Assembly: GCA_020434585.1 (NCBI GenBank)
Contig: JAGRAN010000032.1
Location: 11,013-75,012, forward strand
Origin: Bdellovibrionales bacterium
Lineage (GTDB): Bacteria; Bdellovibrionota_C; UBA2361; SZUA-149; JAGRAN01
Direction: 5' to 3'
Length of the DNA: 64,000 nucleotides
Position 1 is the stretch's first letter. Each line of letters opens with the position of its first letter. The translations under genes and the position numbers were made by a program. Shown one piece after another: positions 37,557 through 47,343 of the stretch. Below the pieces are notes generated by a model, which did no database searches, had not been told where the DNA came from, and saw only the letters and a program-made list of their open reading frames with translations.

Positions 37557-38421
37557 GGCCTAGTACCTTCGCTTTGATCGAGGAGAAAACTTTAATTGTT
37601 TCAGCGACTCGCGGCCCAGGAAAGGACGAGAGATCTCTGCGCAGCAAATAGACGTGATTATTGCGTACTGCCTTTAAAAAAGACAATTTGCTCCAGGCGG
37701 ATGCTAACTGTTCGCGATGACCCGTATCGGCTGATAGAGAGATGTCAATGATAACGTCCGGATTTAAAGCTGCAAGACCCTCAGCTGATAGGGAACTGTA
37801 GCCTCTTACCGCGGCTGCGGCGTTGCTTAGCCGAAGCTTGTGCAGCACATCGTCGTAGAAAGTTTCTGTTCCGGCCGCATATGCAGACGAAACAGCCGGA
37901 CCCGCATTTGAGTCTACTACGACCAGAGCTTTGTAGTCTTCTGCATTCAGTTGATTTTGCAGTAAGTCAGAAATCTCAGATTCAATTCTTTGAACGAGTA
38001 ATCTCGCTCGGTCTGAGCGGTCTATGCTTTTGCCGATAGCGGCAATAGAGTGAAAAATCTCGTCGATCGACTCGTTAGCGACGGAGAGAGTTCGGATATT
38101 CAGAGCGTCGAGTTTGCTTTTTAACCCCGCGTGACTATCAAGCATGATTACCAAATCTGGTTTGAGCGATAGTAGCTTTTCAAGGCTCGTATCAAATAGG
38201 CCGCCTAGGTGAGGCAGCTTGGACGCCTCGGGCGGATATTTGCAGTAGGTAGTTACGGCGATCAGTTTAGATTCTGCGCCAAGAGCGAACACCGTTTCAG
38301 TTATGGTTGGCGCGAGGGAAATAATTCGTTGCGGCACCGTGTCCGCTGGGAGGGCCTCGGCGCTGCCCCATGAGCTTAGGGTCAGCACCGCGGCGGTAAC
38401 TAACTTTAAGAGCATTCTCAA
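37540..38421 (-). CDS. btuF: Periplasmic cobalamin/siderophore-binding protein (BtuF-like)
   Basis: Signal peptide, then RIISLAPTITETVFALGAESKLIAVTTYCKYP, typical of BtuF / class III substrate-binding proteins. Confidence 0.75.
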   Translation of the reverse strand: MRMLLKLVTAAVLTLSSWGSAEALPADTVPQRIISLAPTITETVFALGAESKLIAVTTYCKYPPEASKLPHLGGLFDTSLEKLLSLKPDLVIMLDSHAGLKSKLDALNIRTLSVANESIDEIFHSIAAIGKSIDRSDRARLLVQRIESEISDLLQNQLNAEDYKALVVVDSNAGPAVSSAYAAGTETFYDDVLHKLRLSNAAAAVRGYSSLSAEGLAALNPDVIIDISLSADTGHREQLASAWSKLSFLKAVRNNHVYLLRRDLSSFPGPRVAETIKVFSSIKAKVLGHAVNN

Positions 38422-40253
38422 AGCGCAACCTCTACGCCTCCAAATATTTCAAATCCCGGCGTGCTGTAGCCGTTAATCTCCTCGTAATCTTCGTCGAACA
38501 AATTCTCGACCCTAAGAAACGGGGTGACCTTCTCAAGCAGCGTGTACTGAAGAGACGCGTCGACACGCGTATAGTCATCCATATCAGAACCGTCAGAGTC
38601 GATGCGATCCCTAACGACAAGCAAGGTTATGGAGCCGGTTAGGTTCTCGACAGGCTCGAAAAACAAGTCGAGCGACCCTCTGTGTTTTGGTCTCCTGGCT
38701 AGCTGGGTTCCGGTTTCATCATTTTCAGCATCCGTATACGTGTATTGGGCCGAACCGCTGAGTTGTTCGCAAAGCTTTGCATTCAGCGTAAATTCCACTC
38801 CATGTATGCTCGCGCTGTCGATGTTTTCAGCCAAAAAGGTTATAGAATCAAAGGTGATTAAATCGTCAATCTCACTGCGGAAGTAAGTCACATCCGCCGT
38901 AATATCCTCAAACAAAGTAACGCCTAAGCCAACATCCCAGCCGAGACTGGTTTCCGGATCAAGATCCGGATTGCCAAAATTTGGAAAATACAATTCGTTA
39001 AACGACGGCGCCTTAAAACCACTGCCAACGCTGCCGTGCATCCTCATTCCCGTGTCTGGCGGGCGAACTGACATTGTCGCGCGGTAGGTTGTCTCGCTGC
39101 CGAAATCGGAATCATCGTCGTAGCGTACGCCCCCGGTAAAGGTTGCCCATGGTGTCCAGCGCAATTGGTCTTCAAGGAAAAACGAATTCACTTGCCGTGA
39201 TTTGTTGAAGTTGCCGATATTTTCTCCCTTACGGTGTTCGTTGGTGTAGCCGAGAGTAATCGTATTCTCTTCTATCGGTTCTATATCAACGGCCGCCGTA
39301 GCACTGGTTGTTGTCTGTTTGATGTCGAAATTGTTGAATTCGGAGTCGGGGTCTCGGCCTTCAAGGTCCTCGTCGTAAATACCGAGTTCGACTCGAGGTA
39401 CGATATACTCTCCTAAAGACTTCGATGCAGTAAGTGAGCCGGTAAGCACTTCGCGTTTTTGGGTGTAGTTAAGTGCATCTACAGGGCCTACGCCGAATTC
39501 GAAATCATCGAGTTCAGTATCGCCTTTAATAAATCGAAAAGTTGCATCGGCGCGACCGTCTCCTAAAAAGTTTAAGCCGGTTCTAGTCGAGGCGGTAATG
39601 TTCTCATACTCGTCTCGTTCAGTATTGCCGTTTCTTTCGCTTGCTGCGGAAACGCCGTCTGTGTCGAAGTAGGTTATGCTATTGGCAGTATCAAAAAGCT
39701 CGTTGCCGTATCCAGCGTGCGCCCGATATTCATAGGTGGAGTGATTACCTGCTCCGGCTGATACAGCGGCGCTGGGTCCCTCGGCTGCCTTTCGAGTGAT
39801 TATGTTGATCACTCCGCCAATCGCATCGGAGCCATAAAGTACGCTTTGCGGACCACGTACAACTTCGATACGTTCAATGTTCGCGGTGTTAAGGTCAGCA
39901 AAATCGTAGCCGCCAACGTTCGCGTCGTTAGCTTTGACCCCGTCAATTAATACCAACGTCTGGTCGGTGTCAGCTCCGCGAATATAAACTCCGCTGACTC
40001 TACCTCTGCCACCGGACTGCGTAACGTCGACTCCGGGGAGCGAACGCAGCATTTCTATTACGCTGGTGCGGCGTGTAGCTTCAATTTGTTCGCGCGTAAT
40101 TAAACTTACACTGCTGCCGGTTTCTTCCAGTGTGCTGGGTGTAAGGTTCGCCGAAACTACAATCTCAGGTGTTTCTTCAGCAGCTGCACAAGTTGGCAGA
40201 GCGATTGCAATGCAGCAAGCAGCTGCACAAAAAGTATTTTTATATTGTTTCAT
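38418..40253 (-). CDS. btuB: TonB-dependent outer-membrane receptor (BtuB-like)
   Basis: Signal peptide, TonB box (ETPEIVVSAN) and plug domain (RSLPGVDVTQSGGRGRVSGVYIRGADTDQTLVLIDGV...IERIEVVRGPQSVLYGSDAIGGVINIIT). It sits directly downstream of a cobalamin riboswitch. Confidence 0.85.
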   Translation of the reverse strand: MKQYKNTFCAAACCIAIALPTCAAAEETPEIVVSANLTPSTLEETGSSVSLITREQIEATRRTSVIEMLRSLPGVDVTQSGGRGRVSGVYIRGADTDQTLVLIDGVKANDANVGGYDFADLNTANIERIEVVRGPQSVLYGSDAIGGVINIITRKAAEGPSAAVSAGAGNHSTYEYRAHAGYGNELFDTANSITYFDTDGVSAASERNGNTERDEYENITASTRTGLNFLGDGRADATFRFIKGDTELDDFEFGVGPVDALNYTQKREVLTGSLTASKSLGEYIVPRVELGIYDEDLEGRDPDSEFNNFDIKQTTTSATAAVDIEPIEENTITLGYTNEHRKGENIGNFNKSRQVNSFFLEDQLRWTPWATFTGGVRYDDDSDFGSETTYRATMSVRPPDTGMRMHGSVGSGFKAPSFNELYFPNFGNPDLDPETSLGWDVGLGVTLFEDITADVTYFRSEIDDLITFDSITFLAENIDSASIHGVEFTLNAKLCEQLSGSAQYTYTDAENDETGTQLARRPKHRGSLDLFFEPVENLTGSITLLVVRDRIDSDGSDMDDYTRVDASLQYTLLEKVTPFLRVENLFDEDYEEINGYSTPGFEIFGGVEVAL

Positions 40254-40264
40254 GAGTGCCTCGA

Positions 40265-40450
40265 TCCCTTCCCGCGAAGAGAGTTAGCGTTCGGTGCTGA
40301 TTGGCTCAGGTCTCCTGGCTTCTCGTCATCCTCGCACCCGCCTTCCCGAGCAGAAGCTCAGTGGCATGATTAGGCGCTCGTCAGAGTTACAGTTGCGCGG
40401 CAGCGTGGGATTTGCACCCAACTTCCCTTGTTCCAACGCAGTTCTCGCCG
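40265..40450 (-). ncRNA. Cobalamin (B12) riboswitch in the btuB 5' leader
   Basis: The reverse complement reads ...AAGGGAAGUUGGGUGCAAAUCCCACGCUGCCGCGCAACUGUAA...AUGCCACUGAGCUUCUGCUCGGGAAGGCGGGUG...AAGCCAGGAGACCUGAGCC, ending at the btuB AUG. It contains the conserved GGGAA-GGUG-AAUCC-CCGC-ACUGU core, GCCACUG...GGGAAGGC and the B12 box. Confidence 0.8.
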
Positions 40451-40539
40451 AACTTGGTTAGTATTGGTTCGAGAATTACCGCGACTTCAGCCAATATTCA
40501 AGAGAATAGCTAATATGGCTGAAAAACGGTCCAGAGAAC

Positions 40540-41022
40540 TTAAAAAACCAGGTTGTTGGCGATGGCGGCTTCGCTTTTTAGACCATCAGGTGAATGCTTT
40601 GGGTGCTCGTGGTGATGATGGCCTGAACATGCTTTAGATTTGCAGCAAGTCATGCTGTGTAAATTCTTAATGTGTCCGATTATCAATAATGCCCCGCCAA
40701 AAGTAGTTAGCACTGCCTCCATTGAAAAGAGGTTATCGTCATGTCGTCCGGGAGCGAGCAGCGCGCCAACGACAAGCATTAGTCCTAAGCCAGCATAAAT
40801 AACAACGTCTTTTCTTCGATGCTGTTGGTAGCCTCGAGCAAACGCCAGTATTGTTACGAAGAGGAGCAGAACAGCGAATGCAATATGCACGGGAGTTTCC
40901 CCGGCGGTTACGGGGTCTAGTATTGGAAAAAACAACACCGCAATTGGCAGCAGCGCGCAATGCACTGCGCATAATGCCGAGAGAGCAATTCCCAGTTTGT
41001 CGATAATATGTGTATGGACCAT
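40540..41022 (-). CDS. MerC-like membrane protein with a His/Cys-rich metal-binding C-terminus
   Basis: Four TM helices. The first has LCAVHCALLP (MerC-type Cys pair). C-terminal tail is CCKSKACSGHHHHEHPKH. Confidence 0.45.
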   Translation of the reverse strand: MVHTHIIDKLGIALSALCAVHCALLPIAVLFFPILDPVTAGETPVHIAFAVLLLFVTILAFARGYQQHRRKDVVIYAGLGLMLVVGALLAPGRHDDNLFSMEAVLTTFGGALLIIGHIKNLHSMTCCKSKACSGHHHHEHPKHSPDGLKSEAAIANNLVF

Positions 41023-41115
41023 CCGCGGCCTGATCGTTAATGATAATCTAGTTGCATTATCCTTTAACTGAGGAATAAAGTCAAATTTGCAGATGGCCAG
41101 AATTAAAAGAAGTTT

Positions 41116-42132
41116 TTAGGCTTTCCAGTCGGGATAGCGCTCGCAGCCGAAATAATATTCTGGATAAGCTTTGCGCTGAACAAATTCTGGAAGCAGACCC
41201 CACAGCCAATGTTCCTTAAGCTTAGCGTCTATCTCCTGTTCCATCGCGCTGCGGTCATAACTGAAGTCAATCTGCACATTGGTATCGACTCGGATAATGT
41301 TTAGTCGATCAGTGCCGCCAGTGCCCTTGCCGTCGGCGCAGCACACTACGAAATTGCCTTCAGGTGACCAGGAGACAAATCGATCGCACCCACTGTTTTT
41401 CGTAATGCGTTTTTCGCTCATTCCGTCACGGCTCATAACCCATACATCGGCATCGGCGCTTCCGTCGGAGCTCGAATTCTCGTCGGCTTCAGTTACAAAA
41501 GCGATTTGCGTCCCGTCGGGCGAATAGGCTGGATGAAAATCTCGAGCGGGGTGGCTTGTCACACGACGCTCTTTCCCCGTGCTTAAATCCAACTCATAAA
41601 TATCTTCGTTGCCTTCACGTGTAGAAGAGTAAAGCATATATCCGCCGCAGGGAGACCACGAAGGTCCAGCTTCCACGCCCGTATTCGAAGTCACGCGCTC
41701 AGGGCTTCCGCTGCCGTCAGCATTAACTACATATATGTCGATGTTTTCACCGTTATCGTAGTTAGCAGCGCACGCAATTTGCTTCCCATCCGGAGACCAG
41801 CAAGGTTCAGCATGAAACTTGCTTGAGTTGGTTAGTTGGCGTTGATTGCTGCCGTCTGCTCCCATCGTCCAGAGTTCGGGGATCCCGCTGCGATTAGAAA
41901 CGAAGACAATTTTGCTGCCGTCAGGTGACCATTTCGGAGCATCGTTCCAAGCGCCTCCGGTAGTAAGCTGGTGAAGTTCTTTTGACTCAATATTCAGGGT
42001 CCAAATATCGAAGTCTGTCTGCTTGCCCGATGCAAATACCAGCGTGCCCTTTGGTCTCATGTGTCCTCCCAGAACGTAAACGGTCCATCCAACTATCGGA
42101 AGCGATGACTTGGTACTTAAGTATTCTCCCAC
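41116..42132 (-). CDS. TolB-like PD40 beta-propeller repeat protein
   Basis: Repeated PD40/WD40-like units (WSPDGSKIVFVSNRSG, WSPDGKQIACAAN, YSPDGTQIAFVTE, WSPEGNFVVCCADG). Probable true start at an internal Met near 42060. Confidence 0.7.
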   Translation of the reverse strand: MGEYLSTKSSLPIVGWTVYVLGGHMRPKGTLVFASGKQTDFDIWTLNIESKELHQLTTGGAWNDAPKWSPDGSKIVFVSNRSGIPELWTMGADGSNQRQLTNSSKFHAEPCWSPDGKQIACAANYDNGENIDIYVVNADGSGSPERVTSNTGVEAGPSWSPCGGYMLYSSTREGNEDIYELDLSTGKERRVTSHPARDFHPAYSPDGTQIAFVTEADENSSSDGSADADVWVMSRDGMSEKRITKNSGCDRFVSWSPEGNFVVCCADGKGTGGTDRLNIIRVDTNVQIDFSYDRSAMEQEIDAKLKEHWLWGLLPEFVQRKAYPEYYFGCERYPDWKA

Positions 42133-42179
42133 AAAAGCTAATTCGCAAGAGCTTAAGCGGTTTTCGAATAAACCTGAAG

Positions 42180-43229
42180 CTATTCCTGTTTCTTTTTGGG
42201 TTTGCCAGCAGAGGGTTCGCCAATCGAACCGAGGTGGCAGAACCGAGTGCCAGGAATCGCAACCGGATAAGCGGCTTTGCCGATCACAATACCCTCCTCT
42301 GGTACGTAGTATTCCTGAAGTTTACGGTCAAATGCGTCTCGGGTGATAGCGACGAGGTGCTTCTTCTGAAGCTTTTCGCCCAATTTGAAAGTCGTTTCGA
42401 GGATGCCGCCGCCAGTTGTGCGAAGCCATTTGGAGCTGTGGCAAACCACGGGTTTGGAGCTGCTCTCAATCTTTCCCTTAACCATTCCCAACAGAATCAT
42501 AATGTTTTGAATCGCTGCTTCTCCCTCGATTACCATTTTCCCTTGGAAAACGCTGGGATTGCCGGCCTCGATTGTTATCGCCGGAATTCCGCGGCGCCGT
42601 GCGGCGTTCCTTAAAGTGCCGCCTCCGTGTTTCGGGGAATGTAAGATGATGGCCGGGTTTGCACAGACAGCCAGCTCGCGCGTTTTGTCGTTCAGCCAGT
42701 CCGTGCGGACGTAAAAGGTATTCAAACGGCCTTCGCTGGCTGTGTGCAGATCAATTAGGTAGTCACAGGCGGGCAAAAAGGAAGAGGTAAATGCTCTAGC
42801 ATACTGCTCGGCGGGTTGGCCGTCCGGCTTGCCCGGGAAGACGGTATTCAGGTCAAGGCCGTCAGTGAAGTACCTCGATCCAGCATTAAAACCAGGGATG
42901 TTGACAATCGGGACGCAGAGTAGAGTTCCGCTCATGCTACTCAAGTCAACATTACGCAAGACGTGATGAATAATTCGAATACCGTTTAACTCGTTCCCAT
43001 GAACTGCCGCCGTAATGCCGAGTACGGGTCCGTCCTTGTGCCCCCGGGCGACGATGAACGGGACGCTCATACGGTTACCGGTTGCTCGCTCGTACATTGG
43101 TACATAAACGTCTGAACGTTCGCCTTTTGGAAACTTGGCAACGTTGATCGTTTGGTGGCGGCCCGTGCGCGGGCGAATTTCACAAATGTCTATTGTGGGT
43201 AGTTCTGTGGGTAGATCTTGGCTACTCAA
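42180..43229 (-). CDS. Succinylglutamate desuccinylase / aspartoacylase (AstE-AspA) family zinc deacylase
   Basis: Motifs ITAAVHGNELNGI and DLHTASEG (Zn ligands His/Glu...His), typical of the AstE/AspA M14-like family. Its start overlaps the upstream gene by 8 bp. Confidence 0.7.
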   Translation of the reverse strand: MSSQDLPTELPTIDICEIRPRTGRHQTINVAKFPKGERSDVYVPMYERATGNRMSVPFIVARGHKDGPVLGITAAVHGNELNGIRIIHHVLRNVDLSSMSGTLLCVPIVNIPGFNAGSRYFTDGLDLNTVFPGKPDGQPAEQYARAFTSSFLPACDYLIDLHTASEGRLNTFYVRTDWLNDKTRELAVCANPAIILHSPKHGGGTLRNAARRRGIPAITIEAGNPSVFQGKMVIEGEAAIQNIMILLGMVKGKIESSSKPVVCHSSKWLRTTGGGILETTFKLGEKLQKKHLVAITRDAFDRKLQEYYVPEEGIVIGKAAYPVAIPGTRFCHLGSIGEPSAGKPKKKQE

Positions 43230-44658
43230 CTCTCAGCTCCTCAAGCAGCGGGGGGTCATCGTTCAGCGACATAAATGCTTTGGTCCTAAATTTTCCTTTA
43301 GATGTGAAAAGGGAGCAAGCCATCTTATCAACGGCACAAACGGCCATGACCGTCTGAACGTAGCCCATAATTAAGTCGTCGAGTCCGATCCCCAGGGAGT
43401 TAAAGTCCTTGCGATCCATCATAATCAAACGGCTGCTTTCAGTGTCCCAAGAGTCTGTGCCGGTCTTTATCGAAAGGTTAGTGCCCAGCATGTCCCAAGG
43501 AGCGGTGTCGCCGTTCAGATCGTTTCTTAACGGCGTTCTAGCTCGACGGCCGTAAACTGCAATTGGCCGAAAGCTTTGTTCTCCTCGATAAACCATCATT
43601 CTTAAATCAGCGACGTACAGCTCGTTGCGCTTATTGGGGACCGTGCCGACGTGATAGAATTTTCCAACGGTACCGTCAGAACTCCATTCGTAGTTGCCAA
43701 TTAAGCTCTGAACGATAAAGCAGTTATAGGGATAATCCCGTGCCATGAACTCTTCCAGCTGATTTGAGTCAGTGACGATGAAGACCCCTTGGCCTGCGTT
43801 GCTGTATGGTATCTTAATGACAGCGTGTCCGCCGAACTTTTGCACAACGAATGGAATTTCTTCCTTTTGGACGTCGCGCACGGTTTCGGGAATATGGATC
43901 GTAAGACCGCTTCCGCCGTACTGCGCGTTAAAGATTTCATAAGCCATGGCTGCGACCATCTTATTGCGCCCACCAGCTATGCAGGCGACAACCGGATTGA
44001 GTAGGGCAGTTTTGCTGTAAATCGGTATCCGGTTCCAAGGTTTCTGAGTGACGTAGCGAAAAGCAGCTTTAATCGGTGTCCATTCACCTGAGGGCTTTCT
44101 TACATACATCACTCCGTCGTCGTATTTAACTGGAGGGTCGTTATCTGAGTTGTAAAATGGGGCCAGCAAGACATCGCATTGGAAATGGTCGGCCATTGCT
44201 GCAGCGTAGCCGGAGTTCTCCATGTAGTTCTTATCGTAAACCACGGCCAGTTCGCCGTCTTTAATCTTGCTTGCTCTGAGCAGCGGAGCAAATGCTTCGG
44301 AAATTAATGTTCCGTAGCCGCCGTCTTCCTCATGATCGGAAAACAGCGGCATAGATTTTTGTCCTGATGGACAGGAGTTTGTTTCGATAACAACCATGCG
44401 TCTCAAACCGGCGGCAGTCGTTACCGAAAATAAATCCGCTCCAGCCCAGCGGAGGAATTTTGGCTCGTAATAGAGAATCTCCTCCAGTGCGTCCCGGTCG
44501 ACTCTGGGATTAAGGTGACAGAAACGCGTGGCTAGTCGGTCTGGACCCAAGCTCAGAAAAGACTTAACCATGGGGTGAATCGTGGCGTTTAGGACGCGGG
44601 TGTAATAATGGCGAACTGGTTCAAACGAACCAGGGGCAATTACTTCAACATCCTTCAT
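43222..44658 (-). CDS. ATP-grasp-like amidoligase, apparently circularly permuted
   Basis: MVVIETNSCPSG resembles the ATP-grasp Mg-binding ExN motif (LEVNSSPG), but it sits near the N-terminus (~residue 90) rather than the C-terminus. A Gly-rich HAVIKIPYSNAGQGVFIV block sits mid-protein. 478 aa. Confidence 0.4.
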   Translation of the reverse strand: MKDVEVIAPGSFEPVRHYYTRVLNATIHPMVKSFLSLGPDRLATRFCHLNPRVDRDALEEILYYEPKFLRWAGADLFSVTTAAGLRRMVVIETNSCPSGQKSMPLFSDHEEDGGYGTLISEAFAPLLRASKIKDGELAVVYDKNYMENSGYAAAMADHFQCDVLLAPFYNSDNDPPVKYDDGVMYVRKPSGEWTPIKAAFRYVTQKPWNRIPIYSKTALLNPVVACIAGGRNKMVAAMAYEIFNAQYGGSGLTIHIPETVRDVQKEEIPFVVQKFGGHAVIKIPYSNAGQGVFIVTDSNQLEEFMARDYPYNCFIVQSLIGNYEWSSDGTVGKFYHVGTVPNKRNELYVADLRMMVYRGEQSFRPIAVYGRRARTPLRNDLNGDTAPWDMLGTNLSIKTGTDSWDTESSRLIMMDRKDFNSLGIGLDDLIMGYVQTVMAVCAVDKMACSLFTSKGKFRTKAFMSLNDDPPLLEELRVE

Positions 44659-44793
44659 GGTAGACGCTCTGCTCCGGCAGTTAAAGTCAGGACCTAGTCT
44701 ATTTGTCCCTCGAAAGCAGATTTGAAATCAAGACAAAACCTTGCAAACGGCGCGGAATAACCTGAAGCAGCAAAATAGAATGTGTATTGGGAA

Positions 44794-45069
44794 TTATCTG
44801 TTTTCGTAATTGTAGACAATCCAGGCACAATCGTGCTGTAAACCGGTGTTATCGACGACTCCGGCAGGGATTACCAACTCTTCCCAGGTGCCCCCTTCGT
44901 CCCCCTCAGAGCCACCCGCGATGATGCAAGAACTGTAAGCGTAGCTCCAACCAGTAGCAAATTTGAATTCGCTAATCGCAACCAACGCAATTAGCGCCAT
45001 GTTAGCGGTCACGACGTACTCAAGCATCGTTGCGCCTTTTTCAGATAGTAATTTGTTAAAACGAACCAT
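44794..45069 (-). CDS. Flp-family class-III prepilin-like protein
   Basis: N-terminus LLSEKGATMLEYVVTANMALIALVAI matches the Flp motif (KG followed by ATxxEY and a hydrophobic helix). 91 aa. Confidence 0.5.
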   Translation of the reverse strand: MVRFNKLLSEKGATMLEYVVTANMALIALVAISEFKFATGWSYAYSSCIIAGGSEGDEGGTWEELVIPAGVVDNTGLQHDCAWIVYNYENR

Positions 45070-45205
45070 TTGCTGTCCCTCATACCTGGGCCGGTGCCCC
45101 CCGGCCTCCCAACAACCTCTTATCCGCTCAGATTTATTATTGCTTCCGACTGGGACTGGGGTATCCCCAGATTCGATCTGATTCGGACAACCTCTTACAA
45201 ATACT

Positions 45206-46018
45206 TTACTGATCGGAATCAGTCTCGGGCTCGTCTATCCAGCTAAATGCTGTGAGAACAACTCTAGTGCCTGCAGCCTTTCCGGGGACCTCGTGAACGT
45301 CCTTATCGAATTTTGAGATAAAGTCACGCGCCTCCCGGTGCAGCTTTTTCCCTCGCTCCAGAAGCCATTTGCGGATCTTCGGCACGTCTTCCTTGAAAAC
45401 ATTGTCGTATTCAGTTCGAATGTGCAGATTGACAGCCTCACCGGGAGATTCGATATTCTCCTGAGAGCAAGTTGCCAAAGTTTCGATGTTGCGCGCCAGC
45501 AAATCGTGGGCTCTAGAGGAGTCTTTGCTATAAGACTGATAGTCGCTTACCAACCGAACTCCGCGCGGTGTGCGCTCCACAGCTCCTAATCTTTCAAGTT
45601 CAAATAATATAGTACCGGGCTTAAGCGTAGAATTCACCGTGGAAACTAGCTTTGCAAACTCGTTGTTCTCTTTCGAAATTGAGAGGACTCTCGGTTTGCC
45701 GTCTTGAGTAGTAAACTGCTCCGACTGCTCCCACTGTCCCATCACTTGCATGGATACGTTCGAAGTGGGGCGTTCTTCAGTTCTTTCCGGGTCGAGCAAT
45801 CGCGCGACATCCTTTCTATGAACGCCAGTCATCACGTTAATGCGCGCGATGGTTGCACGTTTGCCTGCTTTGGCAATTTCGGTTTGAGCTTCTTCTACAA
45901 GCAGCTGTTTCAAGACTTCCACCATTGATTTAAGTGTGACTCCTCGTCGCAGCCAATAGCGAGCGATCGGGCGCAGCACCTTACTTAAGTTATGGATGGA
46001 TTTCTCGTCAGCTTGCAT
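45206..46018 (-). CDS. Hypothetical HTH-like protein, paralog A of a 270-aa family
   Basis: Clear paralog of 51731..52546: ARYWLRRGV/ARFCLRHGI, IARINVMTGVHRKDVARLL/VSRISIMTGIHRKEVRSLM, ELERLGAVERTP/ELERAGIVEREN, LHIRTEYDNVFKEDVPKIRKWLLERG/LHLRTEYDNIAVERIPEIKTWLLREG. The MTG[VI]HRK segment looks like a helix-turn-helix. Confidence 0.5.
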   Translation of the reverse strand: MQADEKSIHNLSKVLRPIARYWLRRGVTLKSMVEVLKQLLVEEAQTEIAKAGKRATIARINVMTGVHRKDVARLLDPERTEERPTSNVSMQVMGQWEQSEQFTTQDGKPRVLSISKENNEFAKLVSTVNSTLKPGTILFELERLGAVERTPRGVRLVSDYQSYSKDSSRAHDLLARNIETLATCSQENIESPGEAVNLHIRTEYDNVFKEDVPKIRKWLLERGKKLHREARDFISKFDKDVHEVPGKAAGTRVVLTAFSWIDEPETDSDQ

Positions 46019-46234
46019 AAAAGATGAAAAAATTCGCTCTTATCCTACTAGCATCGTCCGATCCCTAAACAAAGTCGAGTAAAAACACAGGGATCCTCAT
46101 AAGTAGCTGTAAGAACACCGGAAATTCAGACGGCTTAGATTGCGAGATCTTGTGTCCCGTGGCGTTTGAGCACAAGTTTCGCACATGCAGAATTAATCCA
46201 GAGGCTATTTGTTCTCGTGCGGGTGGGGGCTGAC

Positions 46235-47113
46235 CTAGGCGTAAGCTTCGGCAGCAGCCAGCTGGCTCAGGCTGATTCTGCCCTGGGTAAATGTGCAGAA
46301 TTCAACGCAGCGGTTCATCAAGGCGGCTTTTAATGCTGTCTGCAGAGAGCCAAGAGATTGTTTGTGGTCCGAAGCTTCGACGCGTTTAGACAGTACGTCT
46401 AGGTCCTGGATCACACCCATCAGTGTTTGAAGCTGAGTGCGCTGTGCGCTGTCGAAGGCAGGAGTGTATGGCAAGGCATTCTCGAAAGCGGAGCATAGGT
46501 AGCGATAGTGCTTAAATGCGATTCGGGCTTTGTGAATTGTCGCCGTGTCCGACGCTTCACATTCTGACAGAGCTTGTTTAGCTTCGTGTTCAGCAATTCG
46601 AACGAAGTCACACAAAATTGACGATAAGAAAGCGTCATCGATACTGGCTAGCTGCTCGGCCTGCTGCTCAAGCCGCCTTTGATATCTTTTTGTTTCTTTG
46701 AGGGTGTGTGTTCTTAAGTGCTTTTTCGCCTTCTTACTTAGCTTGTTTTCTTTTGACTCAAGCTCTTCATAAAATGCTGTCTCTCTGGCCGCTTCGCCCA
46801 TCAATAAACCAACCGTGCTTTGCATCACGTGAATATCTCGCAAGGAGCTCAGGCATTTCAGGCGTTCGCGAACGATATTCTCAACCCGCGCAGCCGACTT
46901 TTTGTCGCGACAAATTCGCTCGAGAATGCTGCAGAGTGCCAGCAATTTTCGGCTGCTGATGCGGAGCTTGTGGACGGAGTTTTCTGTTAGATTCTTTTTG
47001 CAGCGATTGAAGGCACGGTTGTGTTGCTTGAACGACTTCTTGAGTTCTTCAAGCAGGTAGGAAGCGATATCAGTTTTGACTGGCTGCCCCAAAATGATGC
47101 ACCTCAGATTCAA
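46235..47113 (-). CDS. CHAD-domain protein (tentative)
   Basis: Two helical segments with conserved His followed by a basic periodic pattern (VHKLRISSRKLLALCSIL; IHKARIAFKHYRYLCSAFEN), typical of CHAD domains. Confidence 0.45.
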   Translation of the reverse strand: MNLRCIILGQPVKTDIASYLLEELKKSFKQHNRAFNRCKKNLTENSVHKLRISSRKLLALCSILERICRDKKSAARVENIVRERLKCLSSLRDIHVMQSTVGLLMGEAARETAFYEELESKENKLSKKAKKHLRTHTLKETKRYQRRLEQQAEQLASIDDAFLSSILCDFVRIAEHEAKQALSECEASDTATIHKARIAFKHYRYLCSAFENALPYTPAFDSAQRTQLQTLMGVIQDLDVLSKRVEASDHKQSLGSLQTALKAALMNRCVEFCTFTQGRISLSQLAAAEAYA

Positions 47114-47343
47114 ATCCTCAGAAGCTTATCATGGGCTTCGCAGCTAATCGAGTTTGCAGGCTAAAGATAAAATTAGCTGCCGGATTAACAAGGTTTATTA
47201 AGATATCACTGCGATGCATAATTGCTGGGTGCAGAAGTCGAGAACCTTGAATGGTTCTAACCTACAGCCCCCAGTAAACGCGGCGATGCGCGCAGACAAT
47301 CGGGCGAGTGGAAAGCACGGAGAAACGCGTCCAGAGCGTCGCG

